Below are positions 11,815 through 25,199 of a stretch of DNA of 64,000 nucleotides, one piece after another. A program made the translations under genes and the position numbers. The stretch's first letter is position 1; the number at the start of each line of letters is the position of its first letter. The DNA comes from Mobula hypostoma (Eukaryota). The DNA lies in NCBI RefSeq assembly GCF_963921235.1, contig NC_086097.1:17608001-17672000 (forward strand), given 5' to 3'. A model generated the notes under the pieces. The model was not told the origin of the DNA. It saw only the letters and a program-made list of their open reading frames with translations, and searched no databases.

Positions 11815-12210
11815 TGAGGGGAATGGCCACAGGGGTGCTCTGTGCTGACTGCCTCTTCATATTTTCATTTCTCCTGAGCTACTCGCCTCCTGCCTCCTGC
11901 AGCTTAGGGGTGACTACTTCCCTGTAACTCTGATTATCTCCTCACTGTTGCATAGATTGCAAAGATCATTCAGCTGCTGCTACAAATCCCTAACACTGTC
12001 TTCAAGGAGCTGCAGCTGGATGCACCATGCAGATGTAGTTCCCTGGGAAATTGTGGGTTTCCCAAGATTCCAACATCTGGCATGAAGAACACACAACGAC
12101 CATTTACTGCATTAGGTACAGTAAGAGAGGTAAAAGGGAACCTTAACACAACCTTATCCAGAGCCAAAGCCTCCTTTGAGCCAAAGTCTGAAACTCCTGC
12201 TCTCAGCACA
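11815..12210 (-). mobile_element. CR1 5'/ORF1 fragment
   Basis: Similar to 34770-35220 (ggggtgactac, ggagctgcagct). Confidence 0.6.
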
Positions 12211-12218
12211 GGCTTGCT

Positions 12219-12900
12219 CCCATCAGGTTGGAGGCTACCCAGATGTAATATAAGGTGTTGTTCCTTCAACCTGAGTGTGGCTTCATCTAGACAGTAGAGG
12301 AGGCCATGCATAGACATATCAGAATAGGAATGGGACATGGAATTAAAATGTGTCCACTGTCCAGATGAAGCCACACTCAGGTTGGAGGAACAACACCTCA
12401 TATTCTGTCTGGGTAGCCTCCAACCTGATGGCATGAACATTGACTTCTCTAACTTCCGTTAATGCCCCTCCTCCCCTTCTTACCCCATCCCTTATTTATT
12501 TATTTAATATTTGTTCCTTTTTTTTTCTGTCCCTCTCACAATAACTCCTTGCCTGCTCTCCATCTTCCTCTTGTGCTCCCCTCCCCCTTTCTTCCTCTCT
12601 AGGCCTCCCATCCCATGATCCTCTCCCTTCTCCAGCCTTGTATCCCTCTTGCAAATCAACTTCCCAGCTCTTGGCTCTATCCCTCCCCCTCCTGTCTTCT
12701 CCTATCATTTTGGATCTCCCCCTCCCCCTCCCACTTTCAAATCTCTTACTACCTCTTCTTTCACTTAGTCCAGACGAAGGGTCTCAACCCGAAACGTCAA
12801 CTGTGCTTCTTCCTATAGATGCTGCCTGGCCTGCTGCATTCCACCAGTATTTTGTGTGTCTTGCTTGAATTTCCAGCATCTGCAGATTTCCTCGTGTTTG
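12219..12900 (+). mobile_element. Penelope-like element 3' fragment with 5' inversion and pLTR
   Basis: Segment 12219-~12358 is the reverse complement of the GIY-YIG C-terminus and partly pairs with 12363-12430 (DEATLRLEEQHLIFCLGSLQPDGMNIDFSNF). A pyrimidine-rich pLTR follows, ending gcagatttcctcgtgtttg. Confidence 0.88.
12767..12802 (+). ncRNA. Minimal type I hammerhead ribozyme motif, core-mutated (CAGA instead of CUGA)
   Basis: AGTC CAGACGA AGGG TCTCAA CCC GAAAC GTC AACT. Confidence 0.65.
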
Positions 12901-13521
12901 CTAACTTTGGAATATTGACTACTTTGATCTGTCGTCTTTATAATAGTGGAATTATAATTTTTTTCCTCTTTTGGGAAATTGCTTTTGGATTTCACAACAT
13001 GCACTTTGGCACAGATAGCTTATGAAAGTGTTTTACAATAATTTTGGGAGAAACAATACCATACAATTTAATTTCTTGGCACACCAGTGTAGTCTGCATT
13101 ATTTTTCAACACTGCATTATCATTTTCATTTCCTTGTGGAATTTTATGTTGTAATTTCAGACATCTTTTTCTGGTTTGCCAGGTTGTTTTAAGCATTAGA
13201 TGCTAGACGGCTAGAAGTTCATTGTGTCTGAAAATTAGAGTAATGGAGTGCTATTAAAGTTTTAAGTATCACTAAAGTTACATCCCTAATGTTATAAATC
13301 CATCTTGGGTGGGAGTCAAGAACAACTGGTGCAGTAGATTCTTGGCAGATCACTTTATTAATTGTGCAAACTGAATATGTGAACAAGTTTAGTTAACTGC
13401 TTCAGAATTATGGTATTGAAGAACATTCACAAATAATTTGGTTGAACATATTTCCTAATGGCTCAACTTAGCCATTTGTAACATTATTAATTGTAAGTGA
13501 CAAACATTGATAGTTTTCATG

Positions 13522-13975
13522 TACACTCAGTGGCCAGTTTATTAGGCACACTTGTATGTTAATGCACTTGTCTAATCAGCCAATCATGAGGCAGCAACTC
13601 AATGCATAAAATCATGCAGACATGGTCAAGAGGTTCAGTTCTTCAGATTAAAAATGTTTCCTAAGTGACTGACTGTGAAATGATTGCTGTGTCAGTTGGG
13701 TTGTTTTTCATATCTCAGCAAACTGCTGATCTGGGATTTTCATGCACACTACTCTCTAGTGTACATAGAGAATAGTCTGAAGACCAAAACACCAATAGAG
13801 TAGCAGTTCTCTGGGTGAATACACCTTGTCAATGAGAGAGGTCAAAGGAGAATGGCTCGATTGGTTCAAGCAGACTTTTTAAACAGTGGTGTACACAAAA
13901 GAACATCTGAGCACAGAACATGCCGAACCTTGAAGTGGGTGAGCTGCAGCAGCAGAAGACCAGACGCATACTCTG
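13522..13975 (+). mobile_element. Tc1-like transposon fragment
   Basis: TA|cactcagtggcca.tttattagg terminus. Decayed HTH remnants resembling HTTxSxVxxE, RRMARLVQAD and SSRRP. Confidence 0.65.
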
Positions 13976-14084
13976 TTATATATGTTTAATGTAAGTGTTG
14001 CAAAATAATTCGGTTAGCAATGAGAAGAAGCTTATATAAATAAAAAGGAAATAACATGATCATTATTACTCCAAGTGAGGTATG

Positions 14085-14445
14085 TAAGAACACAAGAAAT
14101 AGGAGCAGGAGTAGGCCATCTGGCCCACTGAGCCTGCTGTGCCATTCAATAAGATCATAGTTGATCTGGCCATGGACTCATCTCCACCTACCTGCCTTTT
14201 CCCCAGAACCCTTCATTCCCCTACTATGCAAAAATCTATTCAACCTTCTCAAATATATTTACTGAGGTAGCCTCCACTGCTTCACTGGCAGAGAATTCCA
14301 AAGATTCACCGCTCTGAGAAAAGCAGTTCCTCCTCATCTCCATCCTAATTCTACTCCCCCGAATCTTGAGGCTACGTCCCCCAGTCCTAGTCTCACCTAC
14401 CAGTGGAAACAACTTTTCTGCCTCTATCTTATCTATCCCTGGAAT
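14085..14445 (-). mobile_element. CR1 3' fragment
   Basis: GIDKIEAEKLFPLVGETRTGG..MRRNCFSQ, with tail at 14085. Confidence 0.85.
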
Positions 14446-16875
14446 TATGATGTTGTAGCCATTACTCAGACTTGTTTGCGGGAGGGGCGGGAGGGGCAGG
14501 AATGGCAGCTCAATATTCTGGTGTTCTGTTGTTTTAGACATGACAGAGCAGGAGGGATTAAAGAATGAGGGGTGGTGTTACTGGTCAGGGAAAATGTTAT
14601 AGTAACGCTTACTCAGGTTGACTGGAGGACTCGACGGTGAGCTGTTATGGGTGGAACTGAAAAATAAGAAACATATGACCACATTAATGGGGCTCTTATT
14701 ACAGACCACCCAACAGTAGAAGGGAATTAGAGGAACTAGATAGGATAGTGTTTGTCAAATGTGTGTAGGGAAGTTCCTTTCATCAGTAGTAGAAGTCCCA
14801 GTGAGAGAGCACATAATACTGGATCTGCTATTAGGGAATGAGACAGGGCAGGTGACAGAAGTTTGTGTAGGGGAACACTTTGCATCCAATAACCACAATG
14901 CCACTAGTTTCAAAATAAATACGCAAAGAGATAAGTCTGCTCTGCATGTTGAGATTCTAAATTGGAGAAAGGCCAATTTCGATGGTATCAGAAATGAACT
15001 GCCAAGTGTGGATTGAAACAGGCTTTTTTTTGTGTACTTGGATAGTGGGAGGACTTCAAGAATAAAGTTGAGAGTACAAAGCTTATATGTGCCTGTCAGA
15101 ATAAAAGCTAAACATAACAAGATATTGAGATCCTGTTTAAGAGGTGCACAGCAGGTATAGGCAAGGAGGAACAAATGAGATGTGTATGGAGTACAAGAAA
15201 TTCAAGAGAACACTTAAGATCAGGAAGACTAAAAGAAGGGATAAAGTTGCTCTAGCAGACAATGTGAAGAAGAATCCCAAGAGATTTCACAGATATGTCA
15301 CGAGCAAAAGGATTGCTAGGGACAAAATTGGTCTTCCGGAAGACCAGAATGGTAATCCTTGTGCGGAGCCAAAATAGATGGAAGAGATCTTAAATGCATT
15401 CTTTCCATTTTATTTACTTGGAAGACGGACAGAGTCTATGGACATAGAGCACATGGCATCAACTTCATGGAGCCTGTACAGATTAGAGGTGGTGGTGTTT
15501 GCTACCCTGAGCAAATCAAGGTGGATAAATCCCCAAGGCCTGACAAGGTGTTTCCTTGGACTCTATGGGAGGCAAGTACAGAAATTGCCAGGGCCCAAGT
15601 AGAGATATTGAAAACAAGTGAGGTACCAGAGGATTGGGGGATAGCCAATGTTATTCTGCTGTTTAAAAGGGGCTCTAAACAGAAACCAGGAAATTATAGG
15701 CCAGTGTGTCTGACATCAATTGTGGGAAAGTTATTAGAAGGTATTCTGAGGAACTGGGTATATAAGTATTTGGATAGACATGGACTGATTAAGGATAGTC
15801 AGCTTAGCTTCGTGTGTGGTAGGTCATGTCTAACCAATCTAATAGAGTTTTTTGAGGAAATTACCACTAAAGTGGATGAAGGCAAGGCAGTGGATGTTGC
15901 TTATGTAAATTTTAGTGAGGCATTTGACAAGATCCCACATGGGAGGCAGGTTCATTTGCTTGGCATTCAGGATGAGGTAGTGAATTGGATTGGACATTGG
16001 GTTTGTGGGAGAAGCCAGAGAGTAGTAGTAGAGGATGGTTGTCTCTCTGACTGGAGGCCTGTGAGTAGTGTTGTGCCACAGGGATTAGTGTTGTTGTCAT
16101 TTGTTGTTTGTCATTTATATCAATGATCTGGATGATAATGTGGTTAACAGGATCAGCAAATTTGTGGATAACACCAAGATTAGGGATATAGTGGACAGAG
16201 AGGAAGGTTCACTTGTAGGTCTTACACAGTGTACAGTAAGGTACTGAGGAGTTTGTTAGAACAAAGGGATCTGGGAATATATTACATAATGCATTGAAAG
16301 TGGTGTGACAGGTAGATAGGTTTATAAAGAAAGCTTTTGGCACATTGGCCTTCATAAATCAATGTACTGAGTACAGAAAATGGGATGTCATGATGAAGTT
16401 GAATAAGACATTGGTAAGGCCTAATTTGGAGTACTCCATGCAGTTTCCATCAGTTACCTAGAGAAAAGATGTAAACAAGGTTCAACAAGTACTGAGAAAA
16501 TTTACAAGGATGTTGCTAGGTCTGGAGGATCTGAGTTTATAAGGAAAAACTGAAGAGGTTGGGACCGTACTCTTTAGAATGTAGAAGACTGAGAGGAGAT
16601 TAACAAAGTTATGAAAAATTATGAGAGCTATAGATAGTGTAAATGTAAGCAGACTTTTTCCACTGAGGTTGAGTGGGACGACAACCAGAAGTCATGGGTT
16701 AAGAGTGAACTGTGAAAAGTTTAAGGGGAACATGAGGGGAAATATCTTCACTTAGAGGGCCGTGAGAGTGTGGAATGAGCTGGCAGCACAAGTAGTCCAT
16801 GAGGGCTCAATTTCAATATTTATGGATAGGTACATGAATATTAGGGATATGGAGGGCTATGGTCAAGGTGCTGGT
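14446..16875 (+). mobile_element. CR1 ORF2 (APE and RT), decayed
   Basis: ILDLLLGNE, PEDWGIANV..FKRG..PGNYRPVCLTS, RSCLTNLIEFFEE and VPQG. Confidence 0.92.
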
Positions 16876-16877
16876 AG

Positions 16878-17478
16878 TTGTAAATTTTGTGAAATTCTCT
16901 GCACTTTTTCAACCTTGTTTACATCTTTCCTGTAGGTAGTCGACCAAAACTGCACATAATACTCCAAATTAGGCTTCACCAACAACTTCCCAACTCCTGT
17001 ACTCAGTACATTGATTTATGAAGGCCAACTGTCACTAGCTTTATTTATGACCCTATCTACCTGTAATGCTACTTTCAACAAATTATAGGCCTGTATTCCC
17101 AGAGCCTTTTGATCCACCACACTTCTCAGTGCTCTACCGTTCACTGTGTAAGACCTAACCTGGTTGGTCCTACCAAAGTGCAAAGCCTCACACTTGTCTG
17201 TATTGAATTCTACCTGCCTTTTTTCAGCCCATTTTTCCAGCTGAAACAGATCTCTCTGCGAGCCATGATAACCTTCCCCACTGTCCACTCCACCCCCCCA
17301 ATCTTTGTGTCATCCACAAATTTGCTAAATCAGTTAACCACATCATCCTGATCATTGGTATAGGGACAAGCAGCAAAGGACCCAGCATTGATCCCTGTGT
17401 CACACCACTAGTCACCCACCTCCTGTGAGAGAGGCAACCCTCGGCAATCACTCTCTGGCTTCTCCCACAAAGCCAATG
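16878..17478 (-). mobile_element. CR1 RT C-terminal fragment
   Basis: VTSGVTQGSMLGPLL and EKWAEKRQVEFNTDKCEALHFGR. Confidence 0.85.
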
Positions 17479-17479
17479 T

Positions 17480-17735
17480 TTGGTCCCTGTGACTGCATGG
17501 ATTTATCCTGGGTGCACTTGGTTAAAATCCCACATCCCAAAGAAGTTCAGGTTGGTAGGTTGATTAGCCAATATTATTTACATGTGTGTTGGAGAGTGGC
17601 AAAATCTGAGGGGGAGTTGAACAGAATGTGGTGAAATAAAATGGGATTAATGTGGGATGAGTATAAATGGATGGTTGATAGTTGGTGTGGACTTGAGCTG
17701 AAGGACCTGCTTCTATGTTGTATCACTCTAGTTAA
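17480..17735 (+). mobile_element. HE1-like SINE body and tail fragment
   Basis: cccacatcccaaaga...ggttggtaggtt motif and a CR1-like tail gctgaaggacctg. Confidence 0.55.
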
Positions 17736-19029
17736 TGGAATCCAGATGCTGTGCCCTTTAATTAATATATTGTTTTGGGTTGTGTGACGTCCTAGCAAGG
17801 CCAGCATTTATTACCCATCCCTATTTCCACGGAGACGGTCAAGATAATTTACTTTACTACTTCTTTGTTTCACATTTGCTTTCTGGCTTGGGTTATTCCA
17901 GCATGGGATAATCCAGTGTGAGGTAGGAAATTCCACAATTTAAGTCCAACTTAATGATACAATGACTAAACAGTTCAAAATGAGGACTTAGAAATGGACA
18001 TGTCATGTTGTTCCTGTGCACCTACTGAATTTGTAGATTTTGATATTCAAAATCGGAATTTGATAGGGTAATAGCTGAGTCACTTGGGCAAAAAGCTAAT
18101 AGGGCCTCTGTGAGGGTGAGCAAGTATGCTTTATAATCCTGTTTTCCTATATTTTATATCCTATATTCATTCATCTCTGATTGTTAGTAGATTTTTCGGA
18201 TGGTAATTAAATTGTTATGTTTTTGTTTTCTGAATGATTTTCCACATTATGAGCTGGATGTGGATATTTGGTTGGAGCATGGATAGGCATAGAGGCAAGA
18301 AAGATGGAGGATGGTATGCAAGCACAGGGAATGGGGGGAGAAAAAAGTTTGGGAACTAAGAAAGTTGGGGAGAGAGCTAGCTGAAAGAGGTTCAAGGAAG
18401 GAAGGTGATCCAGGATCAGATGGTCTTAGCAGAGGGGAATATGTAGATGTAGTTTCTTTGGATTTCCAGATGACATTTGTAAAAGTTCTATAATAACAAT
18501 AATAAAAATAAATACTATATTGATCCTGTGGGAAATTCTTTCATTACAGCAGCAATGTTTAAAAACACACTTAACAGTGCATGCTTAACTAATTTTTTTT
18601 TATTCATTTGTGGATGTGGGCATCGCCAGCTAAGCCAGCATTTATTGCCAATCTCTAGTTGCCCTTCAGAAGGTGGTGATGAGCTGCCTTCTTGAACTGC
18701 TGCAGTCCCCGAGGTGTAGGTACACCCACAGTGCTGTTAGGAAGCACTTGCTTCATGCTTTTGACCCAGCGACAATGAAGGAATGGTGAGTGATTTGAAG
18801 GGGGATTTCCAAGTGGTGGTGTTCCCAGGTATCTACTATTCTCATCCTTCTAGATGGTAGTCGACGTGGGTCTGGAAGGTGGTACCTTAGGAACTTTGTG
18901 TTGTAGCGGAATAAGTACAGAATAATACACAATAATTTCCCAATAATGTGCAATAATAATTTACCAAATAATAGAAGCTGGTGCATAAGATATAGAAACA
19001 AAAAAATCATGTTACTGGGGAAGTGTGTT

Positions 19030-21445
19030 ACCTAGGATTGAAGAGTAGTTGTTCCATATACTAGAGAGATTGAATAAACAGATCTTTGTCAGGCTAGATG
19101 GACGTCATAGTGGAGTGCCTCAGATCCTCAATTGTTTGTGATTTATGTTAATTGCCTGGAGAAGGGGGCAGAGTGGAAAGTATTCAAGTTTGCCATTGAT
19201 GGGAAAATAGATGGGGGGGGTATGTGAAGAGAATGCTGGATTCAGCAACAGAACTTAGGTTGAATGAGTGGGTGAAATTTGACAAGTGGAGTTGAAGTAT
19301 GAAAGTAATGCACATTGGTAAGAGGAATTTAACAGAAGAATTAAGATGGAGAAGGATTACAGAAAATTGCAGTACAGAGCATCTTGGCATTCTTGTGCAG
19401 AATATGTAATAGCTTAGCAGGTAGCTACAACAATTGGTTAGGAAGGCAAATGGCACATTAGTCTTTATTGCAAGAATGTTGGAAAACAGCTGGTCCCTTG
19501 TGTACTACACAGATTAGCCCCTCCTTATTTAAGAAAAAATACACAAAGTAATCCACTACTCTAATCACCAAGATGAAAGGCTTGTGCTGTCATGAGCAGC
19601 TAAAAATATTACGTTGATTTTTTTTTTGGAGTGTAGAAAAAAACTGATGAGTGGCCTTATTGAAACATACAAGACCCTGACAGTGTATATTGATTAGTTT
19701 CCATCAGTTGGAGACTCTTGGAGGAATGGATATAGTTAGAACATTAAGAGATAGCCATCTAAAATTCAAAAATCATTGGAATCTGGCATGGTGCCAGAGG
19801 ACTGGAACATTGCAAATGTCACTCCACTCTTAAGAAAGGAGGAAAACAGCTGAAAGGAAATTATAGACCTCGGTGGTTGGGAAGATGTTGGAGTCAATTG
19901 TTAAAGATGAGGTTGTGGAGTACTTGGTGATATAGGACAAGATAGGACAAAGTCAGCATGATTTCTTTGAGGGAAAATCTTGTAGACGAACCTGTTGGAA
20001 TTCTTCAGAGGAGATTATAAGTAGGATAGATAAAGGGGATGCAGTGGATGCTGTATATTTGGATTTTCAGAAGGCCTTTGACAAATTGCCACACATGAGG
20101 CTGCTTACCAAGTTAAGAGCCCATGGTATAACAGGAAATTTACTTACATGGTTAGAGCATTGGCTGATTGGTAGGAGACAGTAAATGGGAATAAAAGGAT
20201 CCTCATCTGGTCGGCTGCCAGTGACTAGTGGTGTTCCGCAGGGTTTGGTTTTGGACTGCTTGTTATGCTGTATATCAATGATTTAGATGATAAAATAGAA
20301 GACTTCGTTGCCAAGGTTGCAGATGTTACGAAGATTGGTGGAGGGGCAGGTTGTGTTGAGGAAACAGGTAGAATGCAGAGGACTTAGAGTAAGAGAATCG
20401 GCAAGAAAGTGGCAAATGGAATACAATGTTAGAAAATGCGTGGTCATACACTTTGGTGTAGAAATAAATGTGCGGAATATTTTCTAAATGGGGAGAAAAT
20501 CCAAAAATGTGAGTTGCAGAGGATCTTGGGAGTCCTTGTGCAGAACAAGGTTAACTTGCAGGTTGAGTTGGTAGTGAGGAAGGCAAATGCAATGTTAGCA
20601 TTCCATTTCAAGAAGTCTAGAATACAAGAGCAGGGTCATGATGCTGAGGCTTTATAAGGCACTGGTGAGGCCTCACCTTAAGTATTGTGAACAGTTTTAG
20701 GTCCTTTATCTTGCTGGTATTGGAGAATGTCCAGAGGAAGTTCACAAGGATGATTCCAGGAATGAAAATGTTATCATATGAGGAACATTTGAAGGCTCTG
20801 GGTCTGTAGTCGCAGGAATTTAGAAGGATGGTGGGGGGGGGCGGGTGTGGATCTCACTGAAACCTTTTGAATCTTGAAAGGCCTAGAGAGAGTAGATTTG
20901 AAAAGGATGTTTCCTATGGTGGGAGAGTCTAGGACAAGAGGGCACAGCCTCAGGATAGAAGGGCACCCTTTCAAAACAGAGATGTGGAAAAATTTCTTTA
21001 GTCGGAGGGTGGTGAATTTGTGAAATTTGTTGCTACGTGCAGCTGTGGAGGCCAGGTCGTTGGGTGTATTTAAGGCAGAGGTTGATAGTTTCTTGATTGG
21101 ACATAGTATCAAAGATTAAGAGGAGAAGGCAGGGAAATACGGTTTAGGAGGAAAGAGGAAAAAAAGGATCAGCCATGATTGAATGGTGTTGTAGACTCGA
21201 TAGGCCAATTGGCCTAATTCTGCTGCTATGTCTTATGGTCTCTTGCAGAGGGTGTAGTTCACTATCCCAAAGACTTGTAGAGGCTGGATCATTGGAGATA
21301 CTTAAGTAGATAAAATTTCTAAAGAACAACAGATTTAGGGCTACATGACAGACGAAGCATGGAGCAGATTGAACATTGTCATTTTGATAATAGGGCAGGC
21401 TTAAAGAGTCAGGCTGCTTACTCCTACCTTATGTTCTTGTATTCA
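19030..21445 (+). mobile_element. Older CR1 fragment (19030-19765, 21245-21445) with a younger CR1 RT/3' end (about 19770-21243) inserted
   Basis: RT motifs on both. The inner copy restarts at PEDWNIANVTP and ends with a tatgtcttatggtct tail. The outer 3' UTR resumes at about 21245. Confidence 0.8.
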
Positions 21446-22926
21446 GGAATATAGGGTCGAGATGGGGCGGGGGTATAGGGAAATAATCTGTTGGGTGAAG
21501 GCAGGAGGAATACTTGTGGTCATGGGTGTTGAAATGTGGAGACATTTGAATTGCCGTATAAATAATTGCGGATCATTTTTGCTAAGTTACTTCCTGAAAT
21601 ATCTTAATACTGAAATGCTTTTTAATATAAGATTTTGGAGGTGCATACAGGTGGCTCACAATCACCCTCCATCTCATGGATGATAAATATTATTCATACC
21701 CATCTTTCAAATGATTATAAAAACAGATTAATGATTTCTAGTATTTTTTTAAATTTTAAAAATAATTTAAGATCTACTTTCATATGTTAAGCATGCACTG
21801 CATATACTACTTTCACACTGAATCAAGAGGAGAGTACTTAACTGGGACCACTAGTTTAGAGTAGGTTAAAGGATAAACTTATTTTAAAATTTGACTAAGG
21901 GATATTTAGTCAGAAAATAAACCAGATTTTAATGGTGCAGGTTATAAATCTTTGTTTGGGAACAGTAGCAAGACAAAAGGAGAAAAGATATGTGAAATCA
22001 TTGATCAGCCACAATATAAAATAAAACAGCTGAAGGCTGGTTGCTAATCACAAACTGGAACACCATAGGTATTGTTATTTTAAAATAAGAAATATCTCAT
22101 TTCCTCACTGTCTTGGTGTTTATTTTTTACATAATCCATTGCTACTCACTATCCCCATTAAAATTTGAATTAAAATATTTCTGTCATTTTAAAAGGTGTT
22201 AGAGATTCTATTTCTATTATGATTTCACTGAGGCATTCCATGCCAAGATAATGCTCCATCTAGCTGCCTAGTTAGCAATTAATCTTTCCAAACTTAATTT
22301 CATAATTTCAGTCAAATTTGATGCCTTTATTGTTTGAATAAGGATTTTTTTTTCTAGTTTATGACTAAAATTCAGTTCACTTATCTACAGCACATTTCTT
22401 CTGCTGTTTAGCCCTGGCCTTGTGGATTTTCCTTAAAACTGGATACATACCAAGACTGCAGCCTATTCACCTTAATAATATCAAGGTGAAATGTATGTTT
22501 AAAACTTAAGACATTAGAGAGAATTTTGCATTTATATTATTTTCTAATACTTAGAAGTTGAAATCACAATTTTGTTATCCTGTGGAATTGACTAAGACAT
22601 GTTGGTGTGACTACTGTTTTTCTGCTGTCATTCACACATAATGATGTCATCTCTACCTTAGGAAAAGAAAATGGAACAGTTATACATTATGTAAATTGTA
22701 CCCTTTGCTTCTTAACTCTTACGATTGTGGAAAGATGGTATAGCCACACAAAATTAAAGTAAACATCTCCTTTCCCCTTGTTTGTTGCACTTTTGTACCT
22801 TTTCTTTCCACTTGCATTTTTGAAGACATTTGGAGTGAGAGTTTATTATCAGTGGCAATTATGACTAAAATGATTGTACATCAAGCCGATTCAAGAATGT
22901 TCAGCCCTAGAATATATCCCTGCACT

Positions 22927-24017
22927 GTCTCCCCTAATTTTCCACACTCTTATCCAATGGACACTTTGGAAAAAATCTTAGATTTAAATCTCTCTCAGAA
23001 AAGTGTAGTAGCAATTATATATAATATAATTATGAATTTATGTCCTGATGCTTCTAATAAAATTAAAGCTGACTGGGAAAGAGAACTTGAGATTAATATG
23101 CCGACTGAAAAATGGGAAAAAATTCTTCATTCATCCTCTGTATGTGCTAAGCATAGGTTGATACAGTTTAAAGTAGTGCACAGGGCTCATATGTCCAAAG
23201 ATAAACTATCTCGTTATTACTCTTATATTAATCCAATATGTGACAGATGTCATTTCGAGACAGCTTCTTTAACCCACATGTTTTGGTCATGTCCCTTGTT
23301 AGAGAAATATTGGAAAGATATTTTTGATATTATTTCAACGGTCCTAAATATAGACTTACAACCTCATCCAGTTACTGCTATCTTTGGACTACCAACGATA
23401 GACTTAAATAATTTAACCTCTTCATCACGAAGGATGATTGCATTTCTTACTTTAATGGCTAGAAGGTCCATTTTGTTGAATTGGAAAGAGATTAACCCTC
23501 CTAATGTATTTCATTGGTTTTCACAAACTATGGTGTGTTTGAATTTGGAGAAAATTAGAAGTGCAATTTATGACCCTTCCATTAAGTTTGAAAAAACCTG
23601 GAGGCCATTCATTCAGCATTTTCATTTGATGTAATTTGATCATTTCCAAACTTGCTTTATCTCTCTGTACTGTTGTTGGAGGGGAATGGAGTCGTCGACG
23701 CTAAGGTTTTCTTCTTTTCCATTTTTAAGTTGTTAGTTTTGCCCAAGTCTTTTAGTTTAGTTGATTAATTTTGTTTCTCATTGGGGATGGGGTTTCTTTT
23801 TTTGGTTTTGTTTTTTTTTCTTTTCCATGATTTTTTTTTCAGTTTTTTTTGATTTGTATTATCCATTGTCAGTTCTACATGATTGGGAGCTACGTTAACT
23901 TACACTATTTGATTTTACAATTAGTTCTTTTAAGTGTAACAATATATCTCCTACTACTTGTACTATTGCTATGTTTTGATTTTATATTTTGAAATTAATA
24001 AAAAGATTGCAAAGAAA
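22927..24017 (+). mobile_element. L1/Tx1-clade LINE, 5'-truncated (ORF2 C-terminus, 3' UTR, A-rich tail)
   Basis: Perfect 18-bp TSD AGAATATATCCCTGCACT at 22909-22926 and 24018-24035. Zinc knuckle CDRC..ASLTHMFWSC. AATAAA plus A-rich tail. Confidence 0.93.
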
Positions 24018-24696
24018 AGAATATATCCCTGCACTTCAAAAGAGAGCAAAGGTCATTCAGTTAGCATTGATCCTCAATAAAGCTTTTGGGTTTTAGCCAA
24101 ACACCTGTAATGGTTATTGATAGCACCGCTTTCAATACTATAAATTCATGCAAACTCATTCCCAAACTCCAAGACTTGGGAGTCAACACTTCCCTCTGCA
24201 AGTGGATCCTCGACTTCCTGACCAATAGACTGCAATCAGTAAGGTTAGGTAGCAAAAACTCCATCACAATTATTCTTAGCACTGGTACGCCACAAAGTTG
24301 AATCCTCAACCCCCTACTCTACTTCTTGTATACCCATGACTGCATGACCAGATTCTGCCCTAACTGCATCTTCGCAGATGATACCACTTTAGTGGGCTGT
24401 GTCTCAAATAGTGATATGTCAGAGTACAGGAAAGCGATAGAGAACTTAGAAACATGGTAATGTGACAACAATCTTTCCCCTCAATGCCAGCTAAACAAAA
24501 CAGCTGGTCATTTTGACTTTAGCAAGGGGACAGTGCACATGCTCCTTTCTACAGTACATCAACAGTGCTGAGGTTGATAGGGTTGAGAGCAAAAGTTCTT
24601 AGGAATTAACATCAACAATAACCCATCCTGGTCCAACCACATAGATACCATAACCAAGAAAGCTTACCAATGTCTCTACTTCTTCAGGACGTTAAA

Positions 24697-25193
24697 GCGA
24701 TTCACCAGATTGATTCCTGGGATGGCAGGTCTTTCATATGAAGAAAGACTGGATGAACTGGGCTTGTACTCGTTGGAATTTAGAAGATTGAGGGGGGATC
24801 TGATTGAAACGTATAAGATCCTAAAGGGATTGGACAGGCTAGATGCGGGAAGATTGTTCCCGATGTTGGGGAGGTCTAGAACGAGGGGTCACAGTTTGAG
24901 GATAGAGGGGAAGCCTTTTAGGACCGAGGTTAGGAAAAACTTCTTCACACAGAGAGTGGTGAATCTGTGGAATTCTCTGCCACAGCAAACTGTTGAGGCC
25001 AGTTCATTAGCTATGTTTAAAAGGAAGTTAGATATGGCCCTTGTGGCTACAGGGGTCAGGGGGTATGGAGGGAAGGCTGGGTTCTGAGTTGGATGATCAG
25101 CCATGATCATAATAAATGGCGGTGCAGGCTCGAAGGGCCGAATGGCCTACTCCTGCACCTATTTTCTATGTTTCTATGTTTCTATGTTTCTAT
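24697..25193 (+). mobile_element. Young CR1 3' fragment
   Basis: Uninterrupted ORF 24710-25087 (YEERLDELGLYSLEFRRLRGDLIE) and a perfect (CTATGTTT)n tail. Confidence 0.93.
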
Positions 25194-25199
25194 GTGTCA

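Noticed and set aside
22852..23634. 260-aa standalone gene
   Set aside because: The first ~25 codons are flanking DNA and TSD. The rest is a 5'-truncated L1 ORF2 end.
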